A stretch of DNA of 59,105 nucleotides, filler included. It is 6 parts of 6 records of this genome, joined end to end, with 100 filler letters (N's around TTAATTAATTAA, not from the genome) between each part and the next. Parts side by side here need not be neighbours in the genome. Positions count along the whole stretch, not along the records: positions 8,888 to 21,151 come from SRR22947725_961; positions 21,252 to 31,217 come from SRR22947725_962; 4 more parts are not named here. One strand, written 5' to 3'. Positions within the stretch are counted from its first letter, which is position 1, and the number at the start of each line of letters is the position of its first letter. Position numbers and translations under genes: made by a program. The notes under the pieces were generated by a model. It saw nothing but the letters and a program-made list of their open reading frames with translations. It was not told where the DNA came from and ran no database searches. Of the stretch, positions 11,420 through 22,191 are shown in pieces.

Positions 11420-12160
11420 ATGGCAGGCCATTCCAAGTGGGCAAACATCCAACATCGCAAAGGTCGCCAAGACAAACTCCGTTCAAAGCTATTTTCTAAA
11501 TTATCCAAGGAAATAACTGTTGCTGCGAAAATGGGGGATCCTGATCCAGAAAAAAACCCAAGACTTCGTTTGGCAGTTAAAGAAGCAAAATCAAATTCAG
11601 TCCCAAAAGATGTAATTGATAGAGCTATCGGAAAAGCGACTGGAGGCGATGACGAAAATTATGATGAAATTCGTTATGAAGGATATGGCCCCAATGGAGT
11701 AGCAGTTATCGTTGAAGCAATGACTGATAATAAAAATAGAACAGCATCCTCTGTTCGATCCTTGTTTACTAAGTCGGGTGGTAATTTAGCTGAAACAGGA
11801 GCTGTTTCATTTATGTTCGAACGAAAAGGCTTAGTCGTATACGGCGCAGAAGCTGGCGATGTTGATGCAATGTTTGAACATGCAATTGATGCAGGCGCAG
11901 AAGATGTTGAATCAACAGAAGATGGGCATGATATTTATTGTGCATCAACAGATCTTAATGATGTGTCAAAAGCACTAGAATTGGCATTGGGAGAGAGTGC
12001 AACGACAAAATTAATATGGAAGCCTACTACAATGACTGAATTAGATTTAAGTGGTGCTGAAAAAATAATGAGATTAATTGAAAACTTAGAAGACGATGAT
12101 GACATCCAAAATGTAACAACAAACATGGATGTATCTGATGAAATCATGTCTCAGTTATAA
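11420..12160 (+). CDS. yebC: YebC/PmpR family protein
   Basis: [16 protein letters not shown]-terminus, YEGYGP, TDNKNRT. Confidence 0.96.
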   Translation: MAGHSKWANIQHRKGRQDKLRSKLFSKLSKEITVAAKMGDPDPEKNPRLRLAVKEAKSNSVPKDVIDRAIGKATGGDDENYDEIRYEGYGPNGVAVIVEAMTDNKNRTASSVRSLFTKSGGNLAETGAVSFMFERKGLVVYGAEAGDVDAMFEHAIDAGAEDVESTEDGHDIYCASTDLNDVSKALELALGESATTKLIWKPTTMTELDLSGAEKIMRLIENLEDDDDIQNVTTNMDVSDEIMSQL

Positions 12161-12208
12161 TTTTCATCCTAAATTTTTATTGCTATACTCAAGTATGTAT
12201 TATTAATC

Positions 12209-12249
12209 ACACAAAACTAAATCCAAAAAAATGGAATTTAGTTTTGTGT
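12209..12249. terminator. Inverted repeat between yebC and pntA (terminator or operator)
   Basis: ACACAAAACTAAAT...ATTTAGTTTTGTGT 14-bp arms. Confidence 0.55.
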
Positions 12250-12376
12250 AATCTAAACCTTTAATTATTTATTGATGACATCTGGCGTTAATTTTTATTG
12301 ATGCTAATGTATTTACCTATAATGTATAAATCTGCCGAATCTGATTACGGCGACGCTTGAACAAAGGAGGTTTGTC

Positions 12377-13945
12377 ATGCGCATAGGGACACCTAAAGAA
12401 ATTTTCCTTGGTGAAAACCGAGTGGCAATGACGCCTGAGTCGGCTCTTCAGATGCAAAAATTAGGCTATGAATGCTTCATTGAAAAGGGAGCGGGGGAAG
12501 CAGCTAGGTTTTCTGATAAAGACTACAAAAATGCTGGAGTTAAAGTTTTAAATAGTGCTGCATCTTTGTACAAAGAAGTTGACATTGTTGCAAAGGTGCG
12601 ACCTCCGGAAGATATTGAGATAAAGCGATTGAAAAAGGGGCAAACATTAATTTCCTTTTTTTATCCGGGCCAAAATACGACACTTTTAGAGGCTGCAAAT
12701 AAAAAAGGTGCACATATTATTGCAATGGATATGGTGCCTCGTATTAGCCGTGCTCAGAAAATGGATGCTCTTTCATCGATGGCAAACATTGCGGGCTATC
12801 GATCAGTTATGGAAGCTGGAAATAATTTTGGACGATTTTTTACTGGACAAGTAACTGCTGCAGGAAAAGTTCCACCCGCTAAGGTTTTAATAGTAGGTGC
12901 TGGCGTTGCGGGTCTTGCAGCAATTGGTGCTGCAACTTCACTAGGTGCTATGGTTTATGCATTTGATGTCAGACCAGAAGTAGCAGAACAAATTGAGAGT
13001 ATGGGGGCAGAGTTTGTGTTCTTGGACTTTGAGCAGGAACAATCTGATGGTGCAGAAACTGGTGGATATGCTGCTCCATCAAGTCCTGAATTTAGAGAGA
13101 AACAGCTTGCCAAATTTCGAGAGTTAGCTCCCGAAATGGACATCGTAATCACAACCGCTTTGATACCTGGAAGAGACGCCCCAAAGCTCTGGCTTGAAGA
13201 TATGGTCAGTCTACAAAAACCAGGGTCAGTAGTAGTCGATTTGGCTGCTGAGCGTGGTGGAAATTGTGACTTGACTGTTATGGATAAAAAGATTGTTTCA
13301 GAAAATGGTGTTACAATTGTTGGATATACTGATTTTCCAAGCCAAATGGCAGCCCAATCATCAACATTATATTCAACAAATATTCGACATATGATGACTG
13401 ATCTAACTCCTGATAAGGATGGAAAACTAAAACATGATATGAAGGATGATGTGATACGAGGTGCTACTGCATCTCATAAAGGAAAAATCACTTTTCCACC
13501 ACCACCTCCAAAAATAGCAGCAATAGCAGCAAAGGCTCCAGTGGCTCCAGAACCTTCAGCTGAAGAGTTATTAGCATTAGAAGCGCTTAAATTAAAGAAA
13601 GCTGGCTCGCAACAAACAGCATTGCTAGTATTTGGGGGATTACTCATGCTCTTAATTGGAGCTTATGCTCCATCATCTTTTATGCAGCATTTTATTGTTT
13701 TTGTATTATCTTGTTTTATTGGTTTTCAAGTTATCTGGAATGTGAGCCATTCACTTCACACTCCATTGATGGCAATCACAAATGCTATTTCAGGCATAAT
13801 AATTTTGGGTGCATTGCTTCAGATCGGCAGTAGTGGATTCATCATAACTATTTTGGCTAGTATTTCAGTACTTATTGCCATGATTAACATCGTAGGTGGC
13901 TTCATGGTTACAAGGCGAATGTTGCAAATGTTTCAGAAATCTTAG
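12377..13945 (+). CDS. pntA: NAD(P) transhydrogenase alpha subunit
   Basis: RVAMTPE, GAGVAG Rossmann motif, [14 protein letters not shown] membrane part; AAGGAGG ribosome-binding site. Confidence 0.97.
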   Translation: MRIGTPKEIFLGENRVAMTPESALQMQKLGYECFIEKGAGEAARFSDKDYKNAGVKVLNSAASLYKEVDIVAKVRPPEDIEIKRLKKGQTLISFFYPGQNTTLLEAANKKGAHIIAMDMVPRISRAQKMDALSSMANIAGYRSVMEAGNNFGRFFTGQVTAAGKVPPAKVLIVGAGVAGLAAIGAATSLGAMVYAFDVRPEVAEQIESMGAEFVFLDFEQEQSDGAETGGYAAPSSPEFREKQLAKFRELAPEMDIVITTALIPGRDAPKLWLEDMVSLQKPGSVVVDLAAERGGNCDLTVMDKKIVSENGVTIVGYTDFPSQMAAQSSTLYSTNIRHMMTDLTPDKDGKLKHDMKDDVIRGATASHKGKITFPPPPPKIAAIAAKAPVAPEPSAEELLALEALKLKKAGSQQTALLVFGGLLMLLIGAYAPSSFMQHFIVFVLSCFIGFQVIWNVSHSLHTPLMAITNAISGIIILGALLQIGSSGFIITILASISVLIAMINIVGGFMVTRRMLQMFQKS

Positions 13946-13956
13946 GGGGGATAATT

Positions 13957-15336
13957 ATGGGTATCGGTATTGTGACTGCTACATATATTGCCGCATCAGT
14001 TTTATTCATTCTTGCACTTGGTGGTTTGAGTAATCAAGAAAAAGCAAAACGAGCTGTTTGGTATGGTATTGTTGGTATGGCTTTAGCCGTAGTTGCAACA
14101 ATGTTTGGCCCAGGAGTTGGCGGTTGGTCTATTATACTTCTAATACCATTGTTAGGTGTAGGTGCTTTTATTGGCATGGTTGTTGCCCAAAGAGTTGAAA
14201 TGACAGAAATGCCCCAACTTGTTGCGGCATTGCACTCATTCGTAGGATTAGCTGCAGTTTTCATAGGTTTGAACTCTGACATTCTTGGCACTCACGGATT
14301 AGTTGGTGCTGAAATTGCAATACACGAAGTTGAAGTATTTCTAGGCGTATTTATTGGTGCGATTACATTCACTGGATCAATCATCGCATATGGAAAATTA
14401 GCGGGAAAAATTGATGGTAAAGCCTTGGTTTTGCCATTCAGGCATCTTCTTAATATTGCAGCAATAATATTCAGTTTAATATTGTTGTTAATGTACATGA
14501 ACCATTCTGGATCGTGGACTTTATATTTGATGATGATAATTGCATTTGCATTAGGTGCGCATTTGGTGGCTGCGATAGGAGGTGCTGATATGCCTGTAGT
14601 CGTTTCAATGTTGAATAGTTACTCTGGATGGGCTGCTGCTGCCACAGGCTTTCTATTAGGTAACGATTTGCTCATTGTAACAGGTGCTTTAGTTGGCTCA
14701 TCTGGCGCTATTTTGTCATACATCATGTGCAAAGCAATGAACCGATCATTTATATCTGTTATTCTAGGTGGATTTGGAGGCTCAAAAGGTCCTGCCATGG
14801 AGATTGATGGAGAGATGATAGCTACGGATGTAAATACAGTTGCGGCTCAATTAAATGACGCTAAATCTATTGTTATAATTCCTGGATATGGAATGGCAGT
14901 CGCCCAAGCTCAGCAATCTGTTTCAGAACTAACAAGAAGATTAAGAGATAAAGGAAAAAATGTACGTTTTGCAATTCATCCAGTAGCGGGCAGATTGCCC
15001 GGGCATATGAATGTTTTATTGGCAGAGGCAAAAGTTCCTTATGACATTGTCCTAGAAATGGATGAGATTAATGATGATTTCCCAGAAACAGATATTGCAA
15101 TTGTGATTGGATCAAATGACATTGTAAATCCTGCTGCTCAAGAAGATCCAAATAGCCCGATTGCTGGCATGCCAGTTCTTGAGTGCTGGAAGGCAAAATC
15201 TGTTATAGTATCTAAGCGTGGTCAAGGAACAGGATATTCAGGAATTGAAAATCCATTATTCTTTAAAGAAAATACAAGAATGTTATATGGTGATGCAAAG
15301 GCAAGTTTGGACCAAATATTACAATCACTTAGTTAA
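13957..15336 (+). CDS. pntB: NAD(P) transhydrogenase beta subunit
   Basis: [44 protein letters not shown]. Confidence 0.97.
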   Translation: MGIGIVTATYIAASVLFILALGGLSNQEKAKRAVWYGIVGMALAVVATMFGPGVGGWSIILLIPLLGVGAFIGMVVAQRVEMTEMPQLVAALHSFVGLAAVFIGLNSDILGTHGLVGAEIAIHEVEVFLGVFIGAITFTGSIIAYGKLAGKIDGKALVLPFRHLLNIAAIIFSLILLLMYMNHSGSWTLYLMMIIAFALGAHLVAAIGGADMPVVVSMLNSYSGWAAAATGFLLGNDLLIVTGALVGSSGAILSYIMCKAMNRSFISVILGGFGGSKGPAMEIDGEMIATDVNTVAAQLNDAKSIVIIPGYGMAVAQAQQSVSELTRRLRDKGKNVRFAIHPVAGRLPGHMNVLLAEAKVPYDIVLEMDEINDDFPETDIAIVIGSNDIVNPAAQEDPNSPIAGMPVLECWKAKSVIVSKRGQGTGYSGIENPLFFKENTRMLYGDAKASLDQILQSLS

Positions 15337-15402
15337 CGAAGAAATGTTAATTTTGAATTAAACATTTAATTTGTCTATATTGGAATCTTTTTATAAACAT
15401 TT

Positions 15403-15439
15403 AACCTAGCAGTAATTATTTATGATTTATTGTTAGGTT
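15403..15439 (+). terminator. Possible terminator hairpin after pntB
   Basis: AACCTAGCAGTAA...TTATTGTTAGGTT stem with G-U pairs. Confidence 0.4.
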
Positions 15440-15626
15440 CTTAAATCTATTTACTGGGTATAATTTAAAAAATTATTTTCTAATAATTAATTTTGATTAA
15501 TCATCAGGATATTGACGATAAATCAACTTTTGGAGTAAATATAATAGTAATCCATTAACAGAATGCATTTAGTATTGTTGTTTTATTGTGCATTGCATTG
15601 AAAAAGAAAAATCATACGGGGCTAAA

Positions 15627-15983
15627 ATGCATAAACATAGAGGATTTCCATCGAGATTACCTGGATCTGATTTTCAGTTTACAATTAGGCGGCCTAATAA
15701 AAAAGGGCCAACACCTATAATTCGTCGCGAAAGATATGCTGATAGAAGAAACGTAGATCGAAAAGCTGATGAAGTTTTCATGTTATCATTAATTGAAAAT
15801 TTTGGAGAAGATCCTTTTGTAAGAGGAAATTTAGATGCTGGAAGATTAAGCTGGTTATTTGGACGTGAAGTCTTAGCAGTTGATGATCCATTTGATCCAT
15901 GTGATTATGAGGCTAGAATGAAGATTGACCTTAGTAAAACTATGGTTAGCTTTTCTAAAATCTTTACTGAAGAATATGAATGA
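15627..15983 (+). CDS. Conserved hypothetical protein (Roseobacter-type)
   Basis: Open frame with likely ATG at 15627 (MHKHRGFP..FQFTIRR..RGNLDAGRLSWLFGRE); upstream of prpE. Confidence 0.7.
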   Translation: MHKHRGFPSRLPGSDFQFTIRRPNKKGPTPIIRRERYADRRNVDRKADEVFMLSLIENFGEDPFVRGNLDAGRLSWLFGREVLAVDDPFDPCDYEARMKIDLSKTMVSFSKIFTEEYE

Positions 15984-16038
15984 GAAAACTATTAAACATC
16001 TAGGTATTATTCAAAAAACACAGGATGAATAAGTATAA

Positions 16039-17931
16039 ATGTCATATAAAGCCACATACGATGCTGCTAAATTAAACCCAGAAAAATTTTGGATGGAAGC
16101 TGCTGAAAAAGTTGATTGGATCACCCCACCTTCCAAAGCTCTTTTTGATGATAATGCTCCCTTTTACGAGTGGTTTAGTGATGCAGAAGTGAACACTTGC
16201 TTTAATGCTGTTGATCGCCATGTAATAGCAGGCAATGGTAAGCAAACTGCTATTATCTATGATAGCCCAATAACGGGCAAAAAAAGTAAAATTTCATATT
16301 TGGAGCTTAAAGAAAAAACTGCGAAATTAGGTGGGTTGTTAAAAAGCCAAGGTGTCAAAAAAGGTGATAGAATTATAATCTATATGCCGATGATACCTGA
16401 AGCCATTATAGCAATGCTTGCATGCGCAAGAATTGGTGCAATTCACTCAGTTGTATTTGGAGGTTTTGCGGCCAACGAATTAGCAACAAGAATTGATGAT
16501 TGTACCCCAAAAGTCATTCTTGCGGGATCATGTGGCGTTGAACCATCTGGTATAATTGCATACAAACCATTAATTGATGCTGCGATTGATATAGCAACAC
16601 ATAAGCCAGAAAAATGTATTATATATCAGCGTGAAATATTACATGCAGAATTAATAGAAGGGCGTGACTTAGATTGGGTCAAAGCACAGCATGGAATTAT
16701 TCCTGCTGAATGTGAAAAAATGAGTGGGTCAGATCCTGCCTATATTCTTTATACTTCTGGAACAACTGGTCAGCCTAAAGGTGTATTAAGGCCTATTGCA
16801 GGTCATATTGTAGCTCTGACTTGGACTATGAAGAACGTTTATGATGTAAACCCAGGTGAGGTATTTTGGGCTGCATCAGATGTTGGCTGGATAGTGGGGC
16901 ATTCTTACATTTGCTATGCTCCATTATTTAATGGAAATACGACAGTCGTATTTGAAGGTAAGCCTATAGGCACTCCAGATCCAGGTACATTTTGGCGAGT
17001 AATTGAAGAATATAAAATAAAAGTATTATTCACAGCACCTACAGCATTTCGAGCAATCAAGAGAGTAGATCCAAAAGGAGAATATATAAAAAAATATAAT
17101 CTAAACTCCCTTGAAAGTTTGTTCCTTGCTGGCGAACGTGCAGATCCAGATACTATTGAGTGGGCGAAATTACATTTGAATATTCCTGTAATTGACCATT
17201 GGTGGCAAACAGAAACTGGTTATGCAATTGCATCAAATCCCTGGGGAATTGAAAAATTACCCATCAAATTAGGTTCTCCAACTGTTTCGATGCCTGGATA
17301 CAACATCCAGATACTTGATGAATTTGGCAAAGAACTCCCAAATGGAAATTTAGGAGCAATTGCCATAAAACTACCACTTCCACCCGGCACACTTAGTACT
17401 ATTTGGAATGCTGATCACCGTTATGAAAGCTCATACCTGAAATCATTTAGTGGATACTATGAAACAGGTGATGCGGGTTATAAAGATGATGATGATTATT
17501 TATATATCATGGCTCGAACTGATGACGTAATGAATGTTGCTGGACACAGACTGTCTTCAGGCCAAATGGAAGAAGTTTTAGCAAGTCATCCCGACATTGC
17601 TGAATGTGCTGTCATTGGGGCGGCAGATGCACTTAAGGGGCAATTGCCAATTGGGATTATGTGTACAAATGTAGATACTGAAAAGTCTAATGAAGAAATT
17701 ATTAATGAATGTATTAAGCTAGTAAGAACAAAAATTGGCCCGGTAGCAGCTTTTAAAATAGCAATCATAGTGGATCGCCTTCCTAAAACGCGCTCAGGTA
17801 AGATTTTAAGAGGTACAATAGTTAAAATTGCAGATGGAAATCCTTATAAAGCACCAGCTACAATAGATGATCCAAAGATACTTGAGGAAATAACTTTAGC
17901 TTTAAAAAATATTGGATATCCAAAACTATAG
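16039..17931 (+). CDS. prpE: Propionyl-CoA synthetase (acyl-CoA synthetase)
   Basis: YTSGTTGQPKG, WAASDVGW, DHWWQTETG, LPKTRSGKILR. Confidence 0.88.
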   Translation: MSYKATYDAAKLNPEKFWMEAAEKVDWITPPSKALFDDNAPFYEWFSDAEVNTCFNAVDRHVIAGNGKQTAIIYDSPITGKKSKISYLELKEKTAKLGGLLKSQGVKKGDRIIIYMPMIPEAIIAMLACARIGAIHSVVFGGFAANELATRIDDCTPKVILAGSCGVEPSGIIAYKPLIDAAIDIATHKPEKCIIYQREILHAELIEGRDLDWVKAQHGIIPAECEKMSGSDPAYILYTSGTTGQPKGVLRPIAGHIVALTWTMKNVYDVNPGEVFWAASDVGWIVGHSYICYAPLFNGNTTVVFEGKPIGTPDPGTFWRVIEEYKIKVLFTAPTAFRAIKRVDPKGEYIKKYNLNSLESLFLAGERADPDTIEWAKLHLNIPVIDHWWQTETGYAIASNPWGIEKLPIKLGSPTVSMPGYNIQILDEFGKELPNGNLGAIAIKLPLPPGTLSTIWNADHRYESSYLKSFSGYYETGDAGYKDDDDYLYIMARTDDVMNVAGHRLSSGQMEEVLASHPDIAECAVIGAADALKGQLPIGIMCTNVDTEKSNEEIINECIKLVRTKIGPVAAFKIAIIVDRLPKTRSGKILRGTIVKIADGNPYKAPATIDDPKILEEITLALKNIGYPKL

Positions 17932-18019
17932 TATATTTGATAATTTCATTATGGATTTGATGTGTTGTGAATTTAAGGAATAATCCTTAGTTTAATTTTA
18001 ATCTAAATCACTTTATTAC

Positions 18020-19414
18020 TTGAGGCGTTTTATGGATCAGAATCTAGAAAACGAAAAAGAATTTACAGATCGCGCCTATGAAATGGATTCTACTTTAGTA
18101 GATAACGTTCTTTCGTTTATTGAATCTCAAAATAAACATGGTCTGATTGCGTTGTTAAATGAATACCATGCTGCTGATATTGCTGACCTTTTTGAGCAAA
18201 TAAATCCTAATAGTCGATCTGCCCTAATAGAGCTTTGGGGCAAAGAAATGGATGGGGAAGTATTTGCAGAAATGGATGAGGGGCTTTCTGGTGATCTAAT
18301 TGAAGAAATGCCAGATGAAGTTGTTTCTTCAGTATTAAAAGATTTAGAAACAGATGATGTTGTTGATTTAGTTGAAGATTTAGAAAAAGATGAACAAAGC
18401 CGTATCATCGAAGCATTAGATGCAGTTGACCAAATTGCTGTATTAAATTCATTAAAATACCCAGAAGGAACTGCGGGTCGGTTAATGGCTAGAGAGTTAG
18501 TTATGGCACCAACGCATTGGAACGTGGGTCAGGCAATTGATAATTTGAGAAAAAGTAAAAATTTACCTGCTCAATTTTATGATGTTGTTGTCGTTGATCC
18601 TATGTCCAAACCTATTGGAAAAGTTACATTGTCTACTCTTTTACGTGCGCGACGGTCAATTCCATTGATAGAATTGGTTGATGATGAATTTAGAACAATT
18701 CCAGTAACGCAATCTCAAGAAGACGTAGCATACGCATTTAATCAATATAATATGGTCTCTGCCCCAGTTGTCGATGACGAAAACCGTTTGGTTGGTGTTA
18801 TTACTATGGATGATGCTATGGAGGTTTTAGGTGATGAAGCTGATGAAGATATTAAGCTACTTGGTGGTGTTGGAGATGAAAGTCTGACTGATACTATATT
18901 TGTTACTGTCAGACAAAGGTTCCCATGGTTGGGGTTTAATTTACTAACATCAATTTTAGCATCAATTGTTATTGCTCAATTCTCATCAACTATTGAAGCT
19001 ATTGTTGCTCTTGCAGTTTTAATGCCAATTGTAGCTTCTATGGGGGGTAATGCTGGAACGCAAACTTTAACTGTTGCCGTTCGAGCACTAGCTACAAAAG
19101 ATTTAACATCCGCAAATGCATGGCGGGTCATCAGGCGTGAAGCAATAGTTGGATTGTTAAATGGGTTAATTTTTGCAATCATTATTGGTCTGATTGGGTA
19201 CTATTGGTATGGTTTTCCAATGTTAGGAGCTGTATTGGCTATGGCGATGATTTTGAATTTATTAATGGCAGGACTAGCTGGAATTTTGGTGCCATTGTTA
19301 CTCGATAAATTTAATTTAGATCCTGCATTAGGTTCGAGTGCTTTGGTAACTACAGTAACTGATATAGTTGGATTTTTTGCATTTTTAGGACTAGCCGCTG
19401 CTATTTTATTGTAG
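18020..19414 (+). CDS. mgtE: Magnesium transporter MgtE
   Basis: Acidic N-domain, CBS pair, MGGNAGTQ, DPA..S...TT.TD. Confidence 0.95.
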   Translation: MRRFMDQNLENEKEFTDRAYEMDSTLVDNVLSFIESQNKHGLIALLNEYHAADIADLFEQINPNSRSALIELWGKEMDGEVFAEMDEGLSGDLIEEMPDEVVSSVLKDLETDDVVDLVEDLEKDEQSRIIEALDAVDQIAVLNSLKYPEGTAGRLMARELVMAPTHWNVGQAIDNLRKSKNLPAQFYDVVVVDPMSKPIGKVTLSTLLRARRSIPLIELVDDEFRTIPVTQSQEDVAYAFNQYNMVSAPVVDDENRLVGVITMDDAMEVLGDEADEDIKLLGGVGDESLTDTIFVTVRQRFPWLGFNLLTSILASIVIAQFSSTIEAIVALAVLMPIVASMGGNAGTQTLTVAVRALATKDLTSANAWRVIRREAIVGLLNGLIFAIIIGLIGYYWYGFPMLGAVLAMAMILNLLMAGLAGILVPLLLDKFNLDPALGSSALVTTVTDIVGFFAFLGLAAAILL

Positions 19415-20068
19415 AGATTTACCTGATATTTTTATTACTTCTGATTGCAAACCTTTTTGAATTTTTATGTTTTTTAAATTTATCTCTAATATTTTCCATC
19501 CATCTATTTCTTGATTAATCTTAATGGATTGATAACTCCCATTGGCTTTTCTAAATAATGCAGTTCTATATTTGTCAGGCCCAAAAGTTGCTACTAGAGC
19601 ATAATGGTTGAAATCAAATTTATTAATAAAATTAAATTTTTGATTATCTGTTTTTAATTTTAAGACACCATTTTTTTTATTTGTCTTAACAAATCCATTA
19701 AAAGAAATTGTGTCATAATTTTCATATGATTTATGCGCTTGTGATACAATTTCATCAAAGTTTCTTGGTTTTAATGGAGGTAAAATTAAATCGTTTTTTG
19801 AATTAATAATTAAATTTAAATCTAAATTTCTAGAAGATAAATTTGTTGGCCGTAGCTTTGGTTCGAAAATATCTGTATTTTCTGGGAATATATTATTGGA
19901 AACAATTGAGGCATTAAGATCAGAGGAAATTACTTTATTTGGAAAGCTTGAAATAAATAATGCAATTAGAATACAAAGAATAACTTTCAAAATAAATTTT
20001 GATTTCACATATAAGATATATCTTGAGCTATTATTAAATTCATTAATATAAAAGATTTTAATGCTCAT
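19406..20068 (-). CDS. Hypothetical protein with PilP-like C-terminal beta domain
   Basis: N-terminal TM segment, PxLRP motifs, C-terminal ALFR..G.Y.SIKI...IDGWKI pattern; very AT-rich. Confidence 0.55.
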   Translation of the reverse strand: MSIKIFYINEFNNSSRYILYVKSKFILKVILCILIALFISSFPNKVISSDLNASIVSNNIFPENTDIFEPKLRPTNLSSRNLDLNLIINSKNDLILPPLKPRNFDEIVSQAHKSYENYDTISFNGFVKTNKKNGVLKLKTDNQKFNFINKFDFNHYALVATFGPDKYRTALFRKANGSYQSIKINQEIDGWKILEINLKNIKIQKGLQSEVIKISGKSLQ

Positions 20069-20189
20069 TTGGTTAAGTCACCATATTATTTATTTTAGAT
20101 TATTAAATTATTTTTTTTTAACAAGCCTTTGTATTTTAAATGAGCTTACTAGGCAATTAAACGTAGAAATAAAGTTACACAATTTGCGA

Positions 20190-20984
20190 TTACTTTGGCT
20201 TTGTTGCGTATAGTGCAACAGCAGTGGCATTTGAAACATTGAGAGAGCCAAATGTGGCTGCATAGTCAATTTTAACTAGTTCATCACATGTTTGTTTGGT
20301 CAATTCTCTCAAGCCAGGTCCTTCGGCCCCAAGTACTATAGCTAGGGGAGAATTTTGATGTAATTCTGCAATGTCATCAATGCTATTTTTAGCCGTTCCA
20401 TCAAGGCCCACAACATAGTAACCCATTTCTTGTAATGATTTAATTGAAGTAGCAAGATTTCTTACGCGCAAATATGGCTGTCGCTCGAGGGCGCCTGATG
20501 CTGTTTTAGCCAAAGCACCAGTTTCTGGTGCAGAATTTCGCGCTGTGGCAATTACTGCACGAGCTCCAAAAACTTCAGCCGATCGCAATATTGCGCCTAC
20601 ATTATGTGGATCAGTTACTCTGTCCAATATTACTAATCTAGCTTTTTTATCGTTTCGTGGAGCGCAAACGGTTGACATATTTCCCCAGTCTAATGGCTTC
20701 ACTTCAAGTGCCGCACCTTGGTGAACTGATTGAGGATCAATCGGTGGATTAAATTTACGAGGATCAATGATTTCTGCATCGATACCAGATGTAATAATCG
20801 AAGAAGAAAGTTTATCACTTGCATTTTTTGTTACCATTAGACGAATTCGTTCCCGTAATGGATTTTCTAAAGCATCTCGAACTGCATGTAAGCCAAATAA
20901 CCATACCGTTTCAGCTGAGCCAGCGCTTTTTTGACGTTCTTTTTCCACTATCCAAAGTGGTTTTTTCTTTGATCTTGGTGCCAT
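20190..20984 (-). CDS. rlmB: 23S rRNA Gm2251 2'-O-methyltransferase
   Basis: LFGLHAV, HQGAAL, DPHNVGAILRS, GAEGPG and SLNVS SPOUT motifs; likely start MAPRSKK at 20984. Confidence 0.92.
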   Translation of the reverse strand: MAPRSKKKPLWIVEKERQKSAGSAETVWLFGLHAVRDALENPLRERIRLMVTKNASDKLSSSIITSGIDAEIIDPRKFNPPIDPQSVHQGAALEVKPLDWGNMSTVCAPRNDKKARLVILDRVTDPHNVGAILRSAEVFGARAVIATARNSAPETGALAKTASGALERQPYLRVRNLATSIKSLQEMGYYVVGLDGTAKNSIDDIAELHQNSPLAIVLGAEGPGLRELTKQTCDELVKIDYAATFGSLNVSNATAVALYATKPK

Positions 20985-21062
20985 TTGGTATGTCCTTATC
21001 AATTTATTCCTCTTTGCACTGCTTAAGCAAACACTGCAAGTTCACTTTGTTGTTTTTTGATG

Positions 21063-21091
21063 TTGACGAACCTCTACTGTAGGCCTATTCA
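21063..21091 (+). promoter_or_regulatory. sigma70-type promoter for tRNA-Tyr
   Basis: TTGACG-N17-TATTCA about 30 nt upstream of the tRNA. Confidence 0.5.
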
Positions 21092-21121
21092 GTCTCTCGT
21101 TAGCTATGTTTACATATCTAA

Positions 21122-21151
21122 GGGCGACAGGCCGCAAGGTGTGGCAGGGGA
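21122..21151 (+). tRNA. tRNA-Tyr, 5' fragment (cut by contig end)
   Basis: GGGCGACAGGCCGCAAGGTGTGGCAGGGGA matches the Rhodobacterales tRNA-Tyr 5' end as recalled; divergent from rlmB as usual in alphaproteobacteria; anticodon not visible. Confidence 0.72.
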
Positions 21152-21251
21152 NNNNNNNNNNNNNNNNNNNNNNNNNNNNNNNNNNNNNNNNNNNNTTAAT
21201 TAATTAANNNNNNNNNNNNNNNNNNNNNNNNNNNNNNNNNNNNNNNNNNNN
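21152..21251. other. Artificial contig linker
   Basis: N-run, TTAATTAATTAA, N-run. Confidence 0.98.
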
Positions 21252-21557
21252 AACAATAAATGATGCGCACGTGACGAGGCCTGCAACGAGGGCGCGCAGC
21301 GGGTTGGTGCGTCTGATTTGCCAGGTTGTGCTGAGAAACACGGCGGTGAGCGCCATCATCGCAAGCAGTTGATTGATCCAACCCAAAATAAAGGTGCTTT
21401 GGTTGTCCTGGAGCCAATCAACGCGCTCAACCTGGGTGGCGCTCAGCCCACCAGGCGCATCAAGCGGTAGAAAAAGGGTGATCACGAAGGTGATCAGCAC
21501 CACCAAGACGGCCCAAAGTCCCAATCGGTTTATCTGTTCATCAAGTTTTGCCATCAT
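21252..21557 (-). CDS. Membrane protein, 3' truncated
   Basis: Three hydrophobic helices; start overlaps the TetR stop. Confidence 0.7.
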
Positions 21558-22117
21558 GCGTCTTCTCCGTAGCGTATTCGGACATAGTTCAAAATTTCAG
21601 CCGTCACCTTGGCGCCTTCCTGTTGCCAATGCCTGCCTTGACCCACAAAAATGGTCGCGCCCTCTAGCATCGACATCAAGCAGATCGCCTCCGTTGTTGG
21701 GTCATCGGCGCCGGCCGCGGCAAGGGCTTGTTCTATTTTGCTTAAGTAACCGGCATAAATGCGCTCAACCAATTCAGCCACTAAGGGCTCAACGAGTTGC
21801 ATCGCCCAAAGCTGGGGCCACAATCGGTCGCTCGCGATTTCTCGGCCAGCCTCATCATCCAGGATGAAGCCGATAAGGCTGGTAAGGCGAGGGGTGGTGT
21901 GCTGATCTTGTCGCACATCAAAGTGCATCTGATAAGTGCTCGCGATATGTCCAACGATTGCGGTCATCAGTTGGTCAGCGGTTTTGAAATGATATTGCAG
22001 GGCGCCGAGCTTCATGCCGACTTCGCGGGCGAGTGCGCGCATCGATAAGCTCGCATAGCCCTGATCAGCGATCAGTTCAATCGCGGCGAGGAGAATTTGG
22101 TTTCTTCGTTCACTCAA
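21554..22117 (-). CDS. TetR/AcrR family transcriptional regulator
   Basis: N-terminal HTH ILLAAIELIADQGY..LSMRALA..G...GALQYHF. Confidence 0.93.
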   Translation of the reverse strand: MSERRNQILLAAIELIADQGYASLSMRALAREVGMKLGALQYHFKTADQLMTAIVGHIASTYQMHFDVRQDQHTTPRLTSLIGFILDDEAGREIASDRLWPQLWAMQLVEPLVAELVERIYAGYLSKIEQALAAAGADDPTTEAICLMSMLEGATIFVGQGRHWQQEGAKVTAEILNYVRIRYGEDA

Positions 22118-22154
22118 GATTTGCGCCGGTTGACAGGTTGCCTTGCACGGTACA

Positions 22155-22172
22155 ACATGTCAGTTGACATGT
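22155..22172. promoter_or_regulatory. Probable TetR operator
   Basis: Perfect palindrome ACATGTCA-GT-TGACATGT in the 74-bp divergent gap. Confidence 0.7.
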
Positions 22173-22191
22173 AAAGTCCAGGAGCATTGCC